DNA from: the human T2T-CHM13v2.0 reference genome, Homo sapiens
Assembly: GCF_009914755.1 (NCBI RefSeq)
Contig: NC_060940.1
Length of the DNA stretch: 64,000 nt
Strand: one strand, 5' to 3'
In this document: piece by piece, positions 13,121-27,785 of the stretch
Position numbering within the stretch: the stretch's first letter is position 1
Layout of the letters: the number at the start of each line of letters is the position of its first letter
Notes under the pieces: model-generated
Database searches by the model: none
Seen by the model: the letters and a program-made list of their open reading frames with translations, nothing else
What the model was told of the DNA's origin: nothing
Program-made: the position numbers and the translations under genes

Positions 13121-14179
13121 CGATTCCATTCGATGATGATTGGATTCGATTCCATTTGATGATTTCATTTGATTCCATTCGTTAATGATTTCGATCAACT
13201 CCATTCGATGATTCCATTTAATTCCATTCAATAATGATTACATCCGAGTCCATTCGATGATTCCATTTGAGCCCGTTCGATAATTCCATTTGAGTCCAAT
13301 CAATGATTCCATTCATTTCCATTCAATGATTCCATTCGAGTCCATTTGATCATTCCGGTAGGGTCCGTTCGATGTTGATTCCATTGGAGTGCATTCGATG
13401 ATTCCATTCGAGTCCATTTTATGATTTGATTCGAGTCCTTTCGATGATTCCATTCGATTCCACTCGATGATGATTTCATTCGAGTCCATTCGACACTTCC
13501 AATCGATTCCATTTGATGTTTCCATTCGAGTCCAATTGATGATTCCATTCAATTCCATTCGATGATGATTCCGTACGATTCCATTCTGTGATGATTCCAT
13601 GTGATTGCATTCAATGATGATTCCTTTCGATTGCATTCGATTATGATTCATTTCGTGTTCATTCTATGGTTCCACAGGTTTCCATTCGATGACGTTTCCG
13701 TTCGTGTCCATTCCATTATTCCATTCTATTTCATTTGATGATGATTCCATTCGATTCCATTCATTGGTGATTCCACTCAATTCCATTCAATGATTCCATT
13801 CCATTTCTTTCAACAATGATTCCATTAGTTTCTATTCGATGATCCACTTGATTCCATTTGGTGATGATTCCATTCGTGTCCATTCGATGATTCCATTTGA
13901 TTCCATATGATGATGATTCCATTCGATTCCATACGATGATGATTCCATTCGAGTCCATTCAATGGTGATTCCATTCAATTCCATTCGATGATTCCTTCCG
14001 ATTCCATTCGATGATGATGGCATTCGATTCCTTTCAATCATTCCCTTTGATTCCATTCAAAGGTGATTTCATTCAAGTCCATTCGATAATTGCATTCGAT
14101 TCCATTCTATGATGATTCCATTCGAGTCCATTTGATGATTCCATTCAATTCAAGTCAATGATGATTCCATTCGATTCCA

Positions 14180-15644
14180 CTCGATGATTCCATTGGATTC
14201 CATTCGATGATGATTCCATTCAAATCCATTCGATAATTCAATTCAAGTCCATTCGATGATGATTCCAATCGAATCCATTCAAAGATTCCATTCAATTCCA
14301 TTCGATGATGATTCCCTTAGATTCCATTCGATGATTCCACTTGATTCCATTTACGATGATTCCATTCGATTCCATGTGATGAATCCATTCAATTCTATTC
14401 AATGATGTTTCCATTTGATTCCATTGGACCATGATTGCCTTTGATTCCATTCAATGATTCCATTCGGTTCCATTTGATGATGATTCCGTTCGATTCCATT
14501 TCATTATTCCATTTGATTCCATTGGATGAGTCCATTCGGTTACATTCGATGATTATTCCATTCGAGTGCATTAGATGATTGCATTCGAGTCCATTCGATG
14601 ATTCCATTCGATTCCATTCGATGTTGATTCTGTTCAAATCCATTCGATGATTCCACTCGATTCCATTCGATGACTCCATTTGATCCCATTCGATGATTTC
14701 CTGTGATTCCCTTTGATGATCATTCTATTTGATTCAATTCGGTGATTTCATTTCATTCCATTCAGTGATGTTTCCATTCGACTGTATTCCATGATGATTC
14801 CATTCGACTCCATTCGATTATGATTTCATTCAATTCCATTCAATAATGATTCCCTTCGAGTCCATTCGATGATTCCATTCGATTCCATTCAACGATGATT
14901 TGATTCGTTTCCATTCGATGATTCCATTGGATTCCATTCGATGATGATTCCATTCAAATCCATTCGATAATTCAATTCAAGTCCATTCAATGATGATTCC
15001 AATCGAATCCATTCAAAGATTCCATTCAGTTCCATTCGATGATTCCCTTAGATTCCATTCGATGATTCCACTTGATTCCATTTACGATGATTCCATTCGA
15101 TTCCATGTGATGATTCCATTCAATTCTATTCAATGATGTTTCCATTTGATTCCATTCGACCATGATTGCCTTTGATTCCATTCAATGATTCCATTCGGTT
15201 CCTTTTGATGATGATTCCGTTCGATTCCATTTGATGATTCCATTTGATTCCATTGGTTGAGTCCATTCGATTACATTCGATGATTATTCCATTCGAGTGC
15301 ATTAGATGATTCCATTCGAGTCCATTCGATGATTCCATTCGATTCCATTCGATGTTGATTCTGTTCAAATCCATTCGATGATTCCACTCGATTCCATTCG
15401 ATGACTCCATTTGATCCCATTCGATGATTTCCTGTGATTCCCTTTGATGATCATTCCATTTGATTCAATTCGGTGATTTCATTTGATTCCATTCAGTGAC
15501 GTTTCCATTCGACTCCATTCGATGATGATTCCATTCGACTCCATTCGATTATGATTTCATTCAATTCCATTCGATAATGATTCCCTTCGAGTCCATTCGA
15601 TGATTCCATTCGATTCCATTCAACGATGATTTGATTCGTGTCCG
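14180..15644 (+). repeat. Internal ~731-734-bp tandem duplication (R R') within 6.8-kb unit 1
   Basis: Marker ACCATGATTGCCTTTG at 14428 and 15159 (731 apart). Junction TTTGATTCGTTTCCATTCGATGATTCCATTGG at ~14900-14930. Confidence 0.9.
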
Positions 15645-18600
15645 TTCGATGATTCCATTTGATTCCACTTGATGATGATTCCATTCGAGTCCATTTGATG
15701 ATTCCATTCAATTCCATTCTCCGATGATTTCTTTTGAGCCCACTCAATGCTTCCACTCGATTCCATATGATGATGACTCCATTCGATGCAATTCGATGAT
15801 GATTCCATTCACTTGCTTTCGATGATGATTCCACTTGAGTCCGTTAGAAGATTCTATTCAATTACATTCCATGACGATTCCGTTCGAGTCCATTTGATGA
15901 TTCCATTAGACTCCATTCGACGATGATTCCATTCGATGTTATTCGATGATTCCATTCGATCTCATTCGATGATGATTCCATTCAACTCCATTCGATGTTT
16001 CCATTCGAGTTCATTCTATTATTCCATTACATTCCATTCGATGATGATTCCATTCGATTCCGTTTGATGATTGCATTCTATTTCATTTGATGATGATTCC
16101 ATTCGAGTCCACTCAATGATTCCATTCGAGTCCGTTTAATGAATCCATTGGTTTCAATTCTACGATGATTACATTGGATTCCATTCGTTGATGATTTCAT
16201 TCGGTTCCATTCAATGATGATTCCATTCAATTCCTTTCAATGTTTCCATTCAATTCCATACGATGATGATTCCATTTGATTTGATTCGACAGTGAGCCAT
16301 TCGATTCAATTCCATGATGATTCTATTTTATTCAATTGGTTGACATTTCCATTCGATTCCATTCGATGATGATTCCCTTTGATTCCATTCAAAGATGATT
16401 CCATTCTAGCCCATTCAATCATTCCATTCGATTCTATTCAATGATGATTCCATTCATGTCGATTTGGTGATTCCATTTGACTTCATTTGATGATGATTCC
16501 TTTCAAGTTCATTAGATGATTCCATTCGATTCCATTTGATGATGATTCCATTCCATTCCATTCAATGATTCCATTCGATTCCGTTTGATGATGATTTCAT
16601 TCGAGTCCATTTGATGATTCCATTTGATTCCATTCGATGATGATTCCATTCGAGTCCATTCGATGATTCTATTCGAATCCATTTGATGATTACTTTTGAT
16701 TATATTTGGTGATGATTCCATTGGAGTCCATTCAATGATTCCATTCGATTCCAATCGATGATGATTCCATTAGAGTCCATTTAATGATTCCATTTGATTC
16801 CAGTCTCTGATGATTACATTCGAGTCCATACGATGATTCCACTCAATTCCATATGATGATGATTCCATTCGATTCCATTCGATGATTCCATTCTATTCTA
16901 TTCAATGGTGATTCCATTCGAGTACATTAGATGATTCCATTCGATTCCATTCAATGATGATTCTATTTGTGTCCCTTAGATGGTTCCACATGATTCCATT
17001 ACATGATGATACTATTTGAGCCCATCCAATGATTCCCTTCGATTCCATTCGATGAGGATTCCATTCGATTCAATTCATTGGTGATTCTATTCAATTCAAT
17101 TCTTTGATTCCATTCCATTCCATTCGACAATGATTCCATTCGATTTCTTTCGATGATTCCACTCGATTCCACTTGACATTGATTCCATTCGATTCCATTC
17201 AATGATTCTGTTTGATTCCAGTGGATGATGATTGCCATCGATTCCATTCGATCACTCCATTCTATTCCATTTGATGATGATTACATTCGATTCCATTTGA
17301 TGATTCCATCTGATTCTATTCGAGGATTCCATTTGATTCCATTCGATGATGATTCCATTCGAGTCCATTCGATGATTTCATTCGAGTACATCCAATGATT
17401 CCATTCGAGTCCATTTGATGATTCCATTTGATTCCATTTGATTATGATTCTACTAGAGTCCATTCAATGACTCCATTCGAATCCATTCATCAATTCCATT
17501 CGAGTCCATTCGATGATTCCACTTCATGATTCCATTCGAGTCCATTTAATCATTACAGTCAAGTCCGTTTGGTGATTCCACTGGATTTGTTTTGATAATG
17601 ATACCATTCAATTATATTTGATGATGATCCCATTCAATTTCATTTGATGATGATTCCATTAGAGTCCATTCGATGATTTCATTCGAGTCCCTTCATTGAT
17701 TCCATCCGATTTCATTGGATGATGACTCCATTCGAGTCCATTCGATGATTCCACTCGATTCCATTAGATGATTCCATTGGAGTCCATTTCATTGTTCCAT
17801 TCGATTCCATTCGATTCCTTTCGAAGATTATTCCATTTGAGTCCATTCGATGATGATTCCATTCCATTCCATTCGATGATTCCGTTTGATTCCATTCGAT
17901 GATTCCCTTCGATTCCTTTCTTTGATGATTCCATTCCATTCCATTCAATGATTCCATTCGAATCTATTCCATGATGATTCCTTGCGATTCCATTCGCTGA
18001 TGTTTCCGTTCAATTCCATTCGATGATGATTCCATTCGATTCCATTCATTGAGGATTCCATTTGATTCCATTCAATGATGATTCCGTTCTATTCCATTCA
18101 ATGATTGCATTCAATTCCATTCAATGATTATCCCCTTAGAGTAAACTCAATGATTCCATTCAATACCATTCGATGATGATTCCTTTTGAGTCCATTCAAT
18201 GATTTCATTCAAGTCCATTTGATGATTCCTTTCAATTCCATTCTATGATGATTCCATTCGAGTCCATTCGATGATTCCATTCAATTGCATTCGATGATTC
18301 CATTATATTCCAGTCCACGATGATTCCATTCGAGTCCATTCGATGATTCCATTAGAGTACATTTAATGATTGCTTTGTTTTCAATTCGAAGATGATTACA
18401 TTGGATTCCATTCTATGATACCATTCGATTCCATTCAATGATGATTCCACTCAAATCCATTGGATGATTCCATTCGTGTCCGTTCGGTGATTTCATTAGA
18501 TTCCATTCGAGGATGATTCCATTCGATTCCATTCGATGATTCCATTCAATTCCATTCGATGATGATTCCATTCCAGTCCATATGATCATTCCATTTGATT

Positions 18601-20982
18601 TCATTCGATGATGATTCCATTCGATTCCATTCGATGATTCCATTCTATTCCATTCGATGATGATTCCATTCGAGTCCATTCGATGATTCCATTCGAGTCC
18701 ATTTAATGATTCCATTGGGTTCAATTCAATGATGATTACATTGGATTCCGTTCTATGATTCCATTCAATTCCGTTCATTGACAATTTGATTCCATTCGAT
18801 GATGATTCCATTTGAGTTCATTCGATGATTCTATTCGATTCTCTTCGATGGTGATTCAATTCTATTATATTGGATGATTCCATTCGATTCCATTTGATGT
18901 TGATTCAATTCGATTCTATTCGATGATGATTCCATTGGATTTCACTTGATGATTCTATTCGATTCCATTCAATGATGATTCACTTCTCGTCCATTGGATG
19001 ATTCCATTTCATTCCATTCGATGATGATTCCATTCGATTCCTTTCGATGATTCCATTTGATTCCATGCGACGGTGAGCAATTCGATTCAATTCCATGATG
19101 ATTCTATTTGATTCAATTAGATGATGTTTCCATTCGAATCCATTCCATGATTATTCCATTGGAATCCATTTGGCGATGATTCCATATGAGTCAATTCAAT
19201 GATGATTCCATATGGGTCCGTTCGATGATAATTCCATTTGATTTCATTCGATGCTTCTATTCAATTCCAGTCGATGATGATTCCGTTGGAGTCCATACGA
19301 TGATTCCATTTGATTTCATTTGATGATGATTCCATTCGATGATGATTACATTGGATTCCATTCTATGATTCCATTCAATTCCATTCGTTGATGATTCGAT
19401 TCCATTCAATGATGATTCCATTTGAGTTCATTCGATGATTCTATTCGATTCCGTTCGATGGTGATTCAATTCTATTATATTGGATGATTCCACTCGATTC
19501 CATTTGATGATTATTCCATTGGAGTCCACTTAGTGAATCCTTTAGATTCTACTCGAAGATGATTCCATTCGAGTCCATTCGATGATACCATTCAATTCCA
19601 TTCGTTGATGCTTCCATTCAAGTGCATTCGATGATATCATTCGATTCCATTTGATGATAATTCCATTTGATTCCATGCAATGATTCTATTCGATTCCATT
19701 CAATGATAATTCCATTCAATTCAGTGATTCCTCTGGACTCCATTTGATGATGATTCCATTCAATGATTCCATTCGATTCTATTCGAAAATGATTCCATTT
19801 GAATCCATTTGATGATGATTCCATTAGATTCCATTTGATGATTCCATTCGATTCCATTTGATGATGATTCCATTCGGTTCCATTTGATGATTCCATTCTA
19901 TTCTATTCGATGATGATTCCATTCGATTCCATTCGATGATGATTGGATTCGATTCCATTTGATGATTTCATTTGATTCCATTCGTTAATGATTTCGATCA
20001 ACTCCATTCGATGATTCCATTTAATTCCATTCAATAATGATTACATCCGAGTCCATTCGATGATTCCATTTGAGCCCGTTCGATAATTCCATTTGAGTCC
20101 AATCAATGATTCCATTCATTTCCATTCAATGATTCCATTCGAGTCCATTTGATCATTCCGGTAGGGTCCGTTCGATGTTGATTCCATTGGAGTGCATTCG
20201 ATGATTCCATTCGAGTCCATTTTATGATTTGATTCGAGTCCTTTCGATGATTCCATTCGATTCCACTCGATGATGATTTCATTCGAGTCCATTCGACACT
20301 TCCAATCGATTCCATTTGATGTTTCCATTCGAGTCCAATTGATGATTCCATTCAATTCCATTCGATGATGATTCCGTACGATTCCATTCTGTGATGATTC
20401 CATGTGATTGCATTCAATGATGATTCCTTTCGATTGCATTCGATTATGATTCATTTCGTGTTCATTCTATGGTTCCACAGGTTTCCATTCGATGACGTTT
20501 CCGTTCGTGTCCATTCCATTATTCCATTCTATTTCATTTGATGATGATTCCATTCGATTCCATTCATTGGTGATTCCACTCAATTCCATTCAATGATTCC
20601 ATTCCATTTCTTTCAACAATGATTCCATTAGTTTCTATTCGATGATCCACTTGATTCCATTTGGTGATGATTCCATTCGTGTCCATTCGATGATTCCATT
20701 TGATTCCATATGATGATGATTCCATTCGATTCCATACGATGATGATTCCATTCGAGTCCATTCAATGGTGATTCCATTCAATTCCATTCGATGATTCCTT
20801 CCGATTCCATTCGATGATGATGGCATTCGATTCCTTTCAATCATTCCCTTTGATTCCATTCAAAGGTGATTTCATTCAAGTCCATTCGATAATTGCATTC
20901 GATTCCATTCTATGATGATTCCATTCGAGTCCATTTGATGATTCCATTCAATTCAAGTCAATGATGATTCCATTCGATTCCA

Positions 20983-22447
20983 CTCGATGATTCCATTGGA
21001 TTCCATTCGATGATGATTCCATTCAAATCCATTCGATAATTCAATTCAAGTCCATTCGATGATGATTCCAATCGAATCCATTCAAAGATTCCATTCAATT
21101 CCATTCGATGATGATTCCCTTAGATTCCATTCGATGATTCCACTTGATTCCATTTACGATGATTCCATTCGATTCCATGTGATGAATCCATTCAATTCTA
21201 TTCAATGATGTTTCCATTTGATTCCATTGGACCATGATTGCCTTTGATTCCATTCAATGATTCCATTCGGTTCCATTTGATGATGATTCCGTTCGATTCC
21301 ATTTCATTATTCCATTTGATTCCATTGGATGAGTCCATTCGATTACATTCGATGATTATTCCATTCGAGTGCATTAGATGATTGCATTCGAGTCCATTCG
21401 ATGATTCCATTCGATTCCATTCGATGTTGATTCTGTTCAAATCCATTCGATGATTCCACTCGATTCCATTCGATGACTCCATTTGATCCCATTCGATGAT
21501 TTCCTGTGATTCCCTTTGATGATCATTCTATTTGATTCAATTCGGTGATTTCATTTCATTCCATTCAGTGATGTTTCCATTCGACTGTATTCCATGATGA
21601 TTCCATTCGACTCCATTCGATTATGATTTCATTCAATTCCATTCAATAATGATTCCCTTCGAGTCCATTCGATGATTCCATTCGATTCCATTCAACGATG
21701 ATTTGATTCGTTTCCATTCGATGATTCCATTGGATTCCATTCGATGATGATTCCATTCAAATCCATTCGATAATTCAATTCAAGTCCATTCAATGATGAC
21801 TCCAATCGAATCCATTCAAAGATTCCATTCAGTTCCATTCGATGATTCCCTTAGATTCCATTCGATGATTCCACTTGATTCCATTTACGATGATTCCATT
21901 CGATTCCATGTGATGATTCCATTCAATTCTATTCAATGATGTTTCCATTTGATTCCATTCGACCATGATTGCCTTTGATTCCATTCAATGATTCCATTCG
22001 GTTCCTTTTGATGATGATTCCGTTCGATTCCATTTGATGATTCCATTTGATTCCATTGGATGAGTCCATTCGATTACATTCGATGATTATTCCATTCGAG
22101 TGCATTAGATGATTCCATTCGAGTCCATTCGATGATTCCATTCGATTCCATTCGATGTTGATTCTGCTCAAATCCATTCGATGATTCCACTCGATTCCAT
22201 TCGATGACTCCATTTGATCCCATTCGATGATTTCCTGTGATTCCCTTTGATGATCATTCCATTTGATTCAATTCGGTGATTTCATTTGATTCCATTCAGT
22301 GACGTTTCCATTCGACTCCATTCGATGATGATTCCATTCGACTCCATTCGATTATGATTTCATTCAATTCCATTCGATAATGATTCCCTTCGAGTCCATT
22401 CGATGATTCCATTCGATTCCATTCAACGATGATTTGATTCGTGTCCG
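20983..22447 (+). repeat. Internal ~731-734-bp tandem duplication (R R') within 6.8-kb unit 2
   Basis: Marker R at 21231 and 21962. Same junction sequence at ~21702-21733. Confidence 0.9.
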
Positions 22448-25400
22448 TTCGATGATTCCATTTGATTCCACTTGATGATGATTCCATTCGAGTCCATTTG
22501 ATGATTCCATTCAATTCCATTCTCCGATGATTTCTTTTGAGCCCACTCAATGCTTCCACTCGATTCCATATGATGATGACTCCATTCGATGCAATTCGAT
22601 GATGATTCCATTCGCTTGCTTTCGATGATGATTCCACTTGAGTCCGTTAGAAGATTCTATTCAATTACATTCCATGACGATTCCGTTCGAGTCCATTTGA
22701 TGATTCCATTAGACTCCATTCGACGATGATTCCATTCGATGTTATTCGATGATTCCATTCGATCTCATTCGATGATGATTCCATTCAACTCCATTCGATG
22801 TTTCCATTCGAGTTCATTCTATTATTCCATTAGATTCCATTCGATGATGATTCCATTCGATTCCGTTTGATGATTGCATTCTATTTCATTTGATGATGAT
22901 TCCATTCGAGTCCACTCAATGATTCCATTCGAGTCCGTTTAATGAATCCATTGGTTTCAATTCTATGATGATTACATTGGATTCCATTCGTTGATGATTT
23001 CATTCGGTTCCATTCAATGATGATTCCATTCAATTCCTTTCAATGTTTCCATTCAATTGCATACGATGATGCTTCCATTTGATTTGATTCGACAGTGAGC
23101 CATTCGATTCAATTCCATGATGAATCTATTTTATTCAATTGGTTGACATTTCCATTCGATTCCATTCGATGATGATTCCCTTTGATTCCATTCAAAGATG
23201 ATTCCATTCTAGCCCATTCAATCATTCCATTCGATTCTATTCAATGATGATTCCATTCATGTCGATTCGGTGATTCCATTTGACTTCATTTGATGATGAT
23301 TCCTTTCAAGTTCATTAGATGATTCCATTCGATTCCATTTGATGATGATTCCATTCCATTCCATTCAATGATTCCATTCGATTCCGTTTGATGATGATTT
23401 CATTCGAGTCCATTTGATGATTCCATTTGATTCCATTCGATGATGATTCCATTCGGGTCCATTCGATGATTCTATTCGAATCCATTTGATGATTACTTTT
23501 GATTATATTTGGTGATGATTCCATTGGAGTCCATTCAATGATTCCATTCGATTCCAATCGATGATGATTCCATTAGAGTCCATTTAATGATTCCATTTGA
23601 TTCCAGTCTCTGATGATTACATTCGAGTCCATACGATGATTCCACTCAATTCCATATGATGATGATTCCATTCGATTCCATTCGATGATTCCATTCTATT
23701 CTATTCAATGGTGATTCCATTCGAGTACATTAGATGATTCCATTCGATTCCATTCAATGATGATTCTATTTGTGTCCCTTAGATGGTTCCACATGATTCC
23801 ATTACATGATGATACTATTTGAGCCCATCCAATGATTCCCTTCGATTCCATTCGATGAGGATTCCATTCGATTCAATTCATTGGTGATTCTATTCAATTC
23901 AATTCTTTGATTCCATTCCATTCCATTCGACAATGATTCCATTCGATTTCTTTCGATGATTCCACTCGATTCCACTTGACATTGATTCCATTCGATTCCA
24001 TTCAATGATTCCGTTTGATTCCAGTGGATGATGATTGCCATCGATTCCATTCGATCACTCCATTCTATTCCATTTGATGATGATTACATTCGATTCCATT
24101 TGATGATTCCATCTGATTCTATTCGAGGATTCCATTTGATTCCATTCGATGATGATTCCATTCGAGTCCATTCGATGATTTCATTCCAGTACATCCAATG
24201 ATTCCATTCGAGTCCATTTGATGATTCCATTTGATTCCATTTGATTATGATTCTACTAGAGTCCATTCAATGACTCCATTCGAATCCATTCATCAATTCC
24301 ATTCGAGTCCATTCGATGATTCCATTTCATGATTCCATTCGAGTCCATTTAATCATTACAGTCAAGTCCGTTTGGTGATTCCACTGGATTTCTTTTGATA
24401 ATGATACCATTCAATTATATTTGATGATGATCCCATTCAATTTCATTTGATGATGATTCCATTAGAGTCCATTCGATGATTTCATTCCAGTCCCTTCATT
24501 GATTCCATCCGATTTCATTGGATGATGACTCCATTCGAGTTCATTCGATGATTCCACTCGATTCCATTAGATGATTCCATTGGAGTCCATTTGATTGTTC
24601 CATTCGATTCCATTCGATTCCTTTCGAAGATTATTCCATTTGAGTCCATTCGATGATGATTCCATTCCATTCCATTCGATGATTCCGTTTGATTCCATTC
24701 GATGATTCCCTTCGATTCCTTTCTTTGATGATTCCATTCCATTCCATTCAATGATTCCATTCGAATCTATTCCATGATGATTCCTTGCGATTCCATTCGC
24801 TGATGTTTCCGTTCAATTCCATTCGATGATGATTCCATTCGATTCCATTCATTGAGGATTCCATTTGATTCCATTCAATGATGATTCCGTTCTATTCCAT
24901 TCAATGATTGCATTCAATTCCATTCAATGATTATCCCCTTAGAGTAAACTCAACGATTCCATTCAATACCATTCGATGATGATTCCTTTTGAGTCCATTC
25001 AATGATTTCATTCAAGTCCATTTGATGATTCCTTTCAATTCCATTCCATGATGATTCCATTCGAGTCCATTCGATGATTCCATTCAATTGCATTCGATGA
25101 TTCCATTATATTCCAGTCAACGATGATTCCATTCGAGTCCATTCGATGATTCCATTAGAGTACATTTAATGATTGCTTTGTTTTCAATTCGAAGATGATT
25201 ACATTGGATTCCATTCTATGATACCATTCGATTCCATTCAATGATGATTCCACTCAAATCCATTGGATGATTCCATTCGTGTCCGTTCGGTGATTTCATT
25301 AGATTCCATTCGAGGATGATTCCATTCGATTCCATTCGATGATTCCATTCAATTCCATTCGATGATGATTCCATTCCAGTCCATATGATCATTCCATTTG

Positions 25401-27785
25401 ATTTCATTCGATGATGATTCCATTCGATTCCATTCGATGATTCCATTCTATTCCATTCGATGATGATTCCATTCGAGTCCATTCGATGATTCCATTCGAG
25501 TCCATTTAATGATTCCATTGGGTTCAATTCAATGATGATTACATTGGATTCCGTTCTATGATTCCATTCAATTCCGTTCATTGACAATTTGATTTCATTC
25601 GATGATGATTCCATTTGAGTTCATTCGATGATTCTATTCGATTCTCTTCGATGGTGATTCAATTCTATTATATTGGATGATTCCATTCGATTCCATTTGA
25701 TGTTGATTCAATTCGATTCTATTCGATGATGATTCCATTGGATTTCACTTGATGATTCTATTCGATTCCATTCAATGATGATTCACTTCTCGTCCATTGG
25801 ATGATTCCATTTCATTCCATTCGATGATGATTCCATTCGATTCCTTTCGATGATTCCATTTGATTCCATGCGACGGTGAGCAATTCGATTCAATTCCATG
25901 ATGATTCTATTTGATTCAATTAGATGATGTTTCCATTCGAATCCATTCCATGATTATTCCATTGGAATCCATTTGGCGATGATTCCATATGAGTCAATTC
26001 AATGATGATTCCATATGGGTCCGTTCGATGATAATTCCATTTGATTTCATTCGATGCTTCTATTCAATTCCAGTCGATGATGATTCCGTTGGAGTCCATA
26101 CGATGATTCCATTTGATTTCATTTGATGATGATTCCATTCGATGATGATTACATTGGATTCCATTCTATGATTCCATTCAATTCCATTCGTTGATGATTC
26201 GATTCCATTCAATGATGATTCCATTTGAGTTCATTCGATGATTCTATTCGATTCCGTTCGATGGTGATTCAATTCTATTATATTGGATGATTCCACTCGA
26301 TTCCATTTGATGATTATTCCATTGGAGTCCACTTAGTGAATCCTTTAGATTCTACTCGAAGATGATTCCATTCGAGTCCATTCGATGATACCATTCAATT
26401 CCATTCGTTGATGCTTCCATTCAAGTGCATTCGATGATATCATTCGATTCCATTTGATGATAATTCCATTTGATTCCATGCAATGATTCTATTCGATTCC
26501 ATTCAATGATAATTCCATTCAATTCAGTGATTCCTCTGGACTCCATTTGATGATGATTCCATTCAATGATTCCATTCGATTCTATTCGAAAATGATTCCA
26601 TTTGAATCCATTTGATGATGATTCCATTAGATTCCATTTGATGATTCCATTCGATTCCATTTGATGATGATTCCATTCGATTCCATTTGATGATTCCATT
26701 CTATTCTATTCGATGATGATTCCATTCGATTCCATTCGATGATGATTGGATTCGATTCCATTTGATGATTTCATTTGATTCCATTCGTTAATGATTTCGA
26801 TCAACTCCATTCGATGATTCCATTTAATTCCATTCGATAATGATTACATCCGAGTCCATTCGATGATTCCATTTGAACCCGTTCGATAATTCCATTTGAG
26901 TCCAATCAATGATTCCATTCATTTCCATTCAATGATTCCATTCGAGTCCATTTGATCATTCTGGTAGGGTCTGTTCGATGTTGATTCCATTGGAGTGCAT
27001 TCGATGATTCCATTCGAGTCCATTTTATGATTTGATTCGAGTCCTTTCGATGATTCCATTCGATTCCACTCGATGATGATTTCATTCGAGTCCATTCGAC
27101 ACTTCCAATCGATTCCATTTGATGTTTCCATTCGAGTCCAATTGATGATTCCATTCAATTCCATTCGATGATGATTCCGTACGATTCCATTCTGTGATGA
27201 TTCCATGTGATTGCATTCAATGATGATTCCTTTCGATTGCATTCGATTATGATTCATTTCGTGTTCATTCTATGGTTCCACAGGTTTCCATTCGATGACG
27301 TTTCCGTTCGTGTCCATTCCATTATTCCATTCTATTTCATTTGATGATGATTCCATTCGATTCCATTCATTGGTGATTCCACTCAATTCCATTCAATGAT
27401 TCCATTCCATTTCTTTCAACAATGATTCCCTTAGTTTCTATTCGATGATCCACTTGATTCCATTTGGCGATGATTCCATTCGTGTCCATTCGATGATTCC
27501 ATTTGATTCCATATGATGATGATTCCATTCGATTCCATACCATGATGATTCCATTCGAGTCCATTCAATGGTGATTCCATTCAATTCCATTCGATGATTC
27601 CTTCCGATTCCATTCGATGATGATGGCATTCGATTCCTTTCAATCATTCCCTTTGATTCCATTCAAAGGTGATTTCATTCAAGTCCATTCGATAATTGCA
27701 TTCGATTCCATTCTATGATGATTCCATTCGAGTCCATTTGATGATTCCATTCAATTCAAGTCAATGATGATTCCATTCGATTCCA

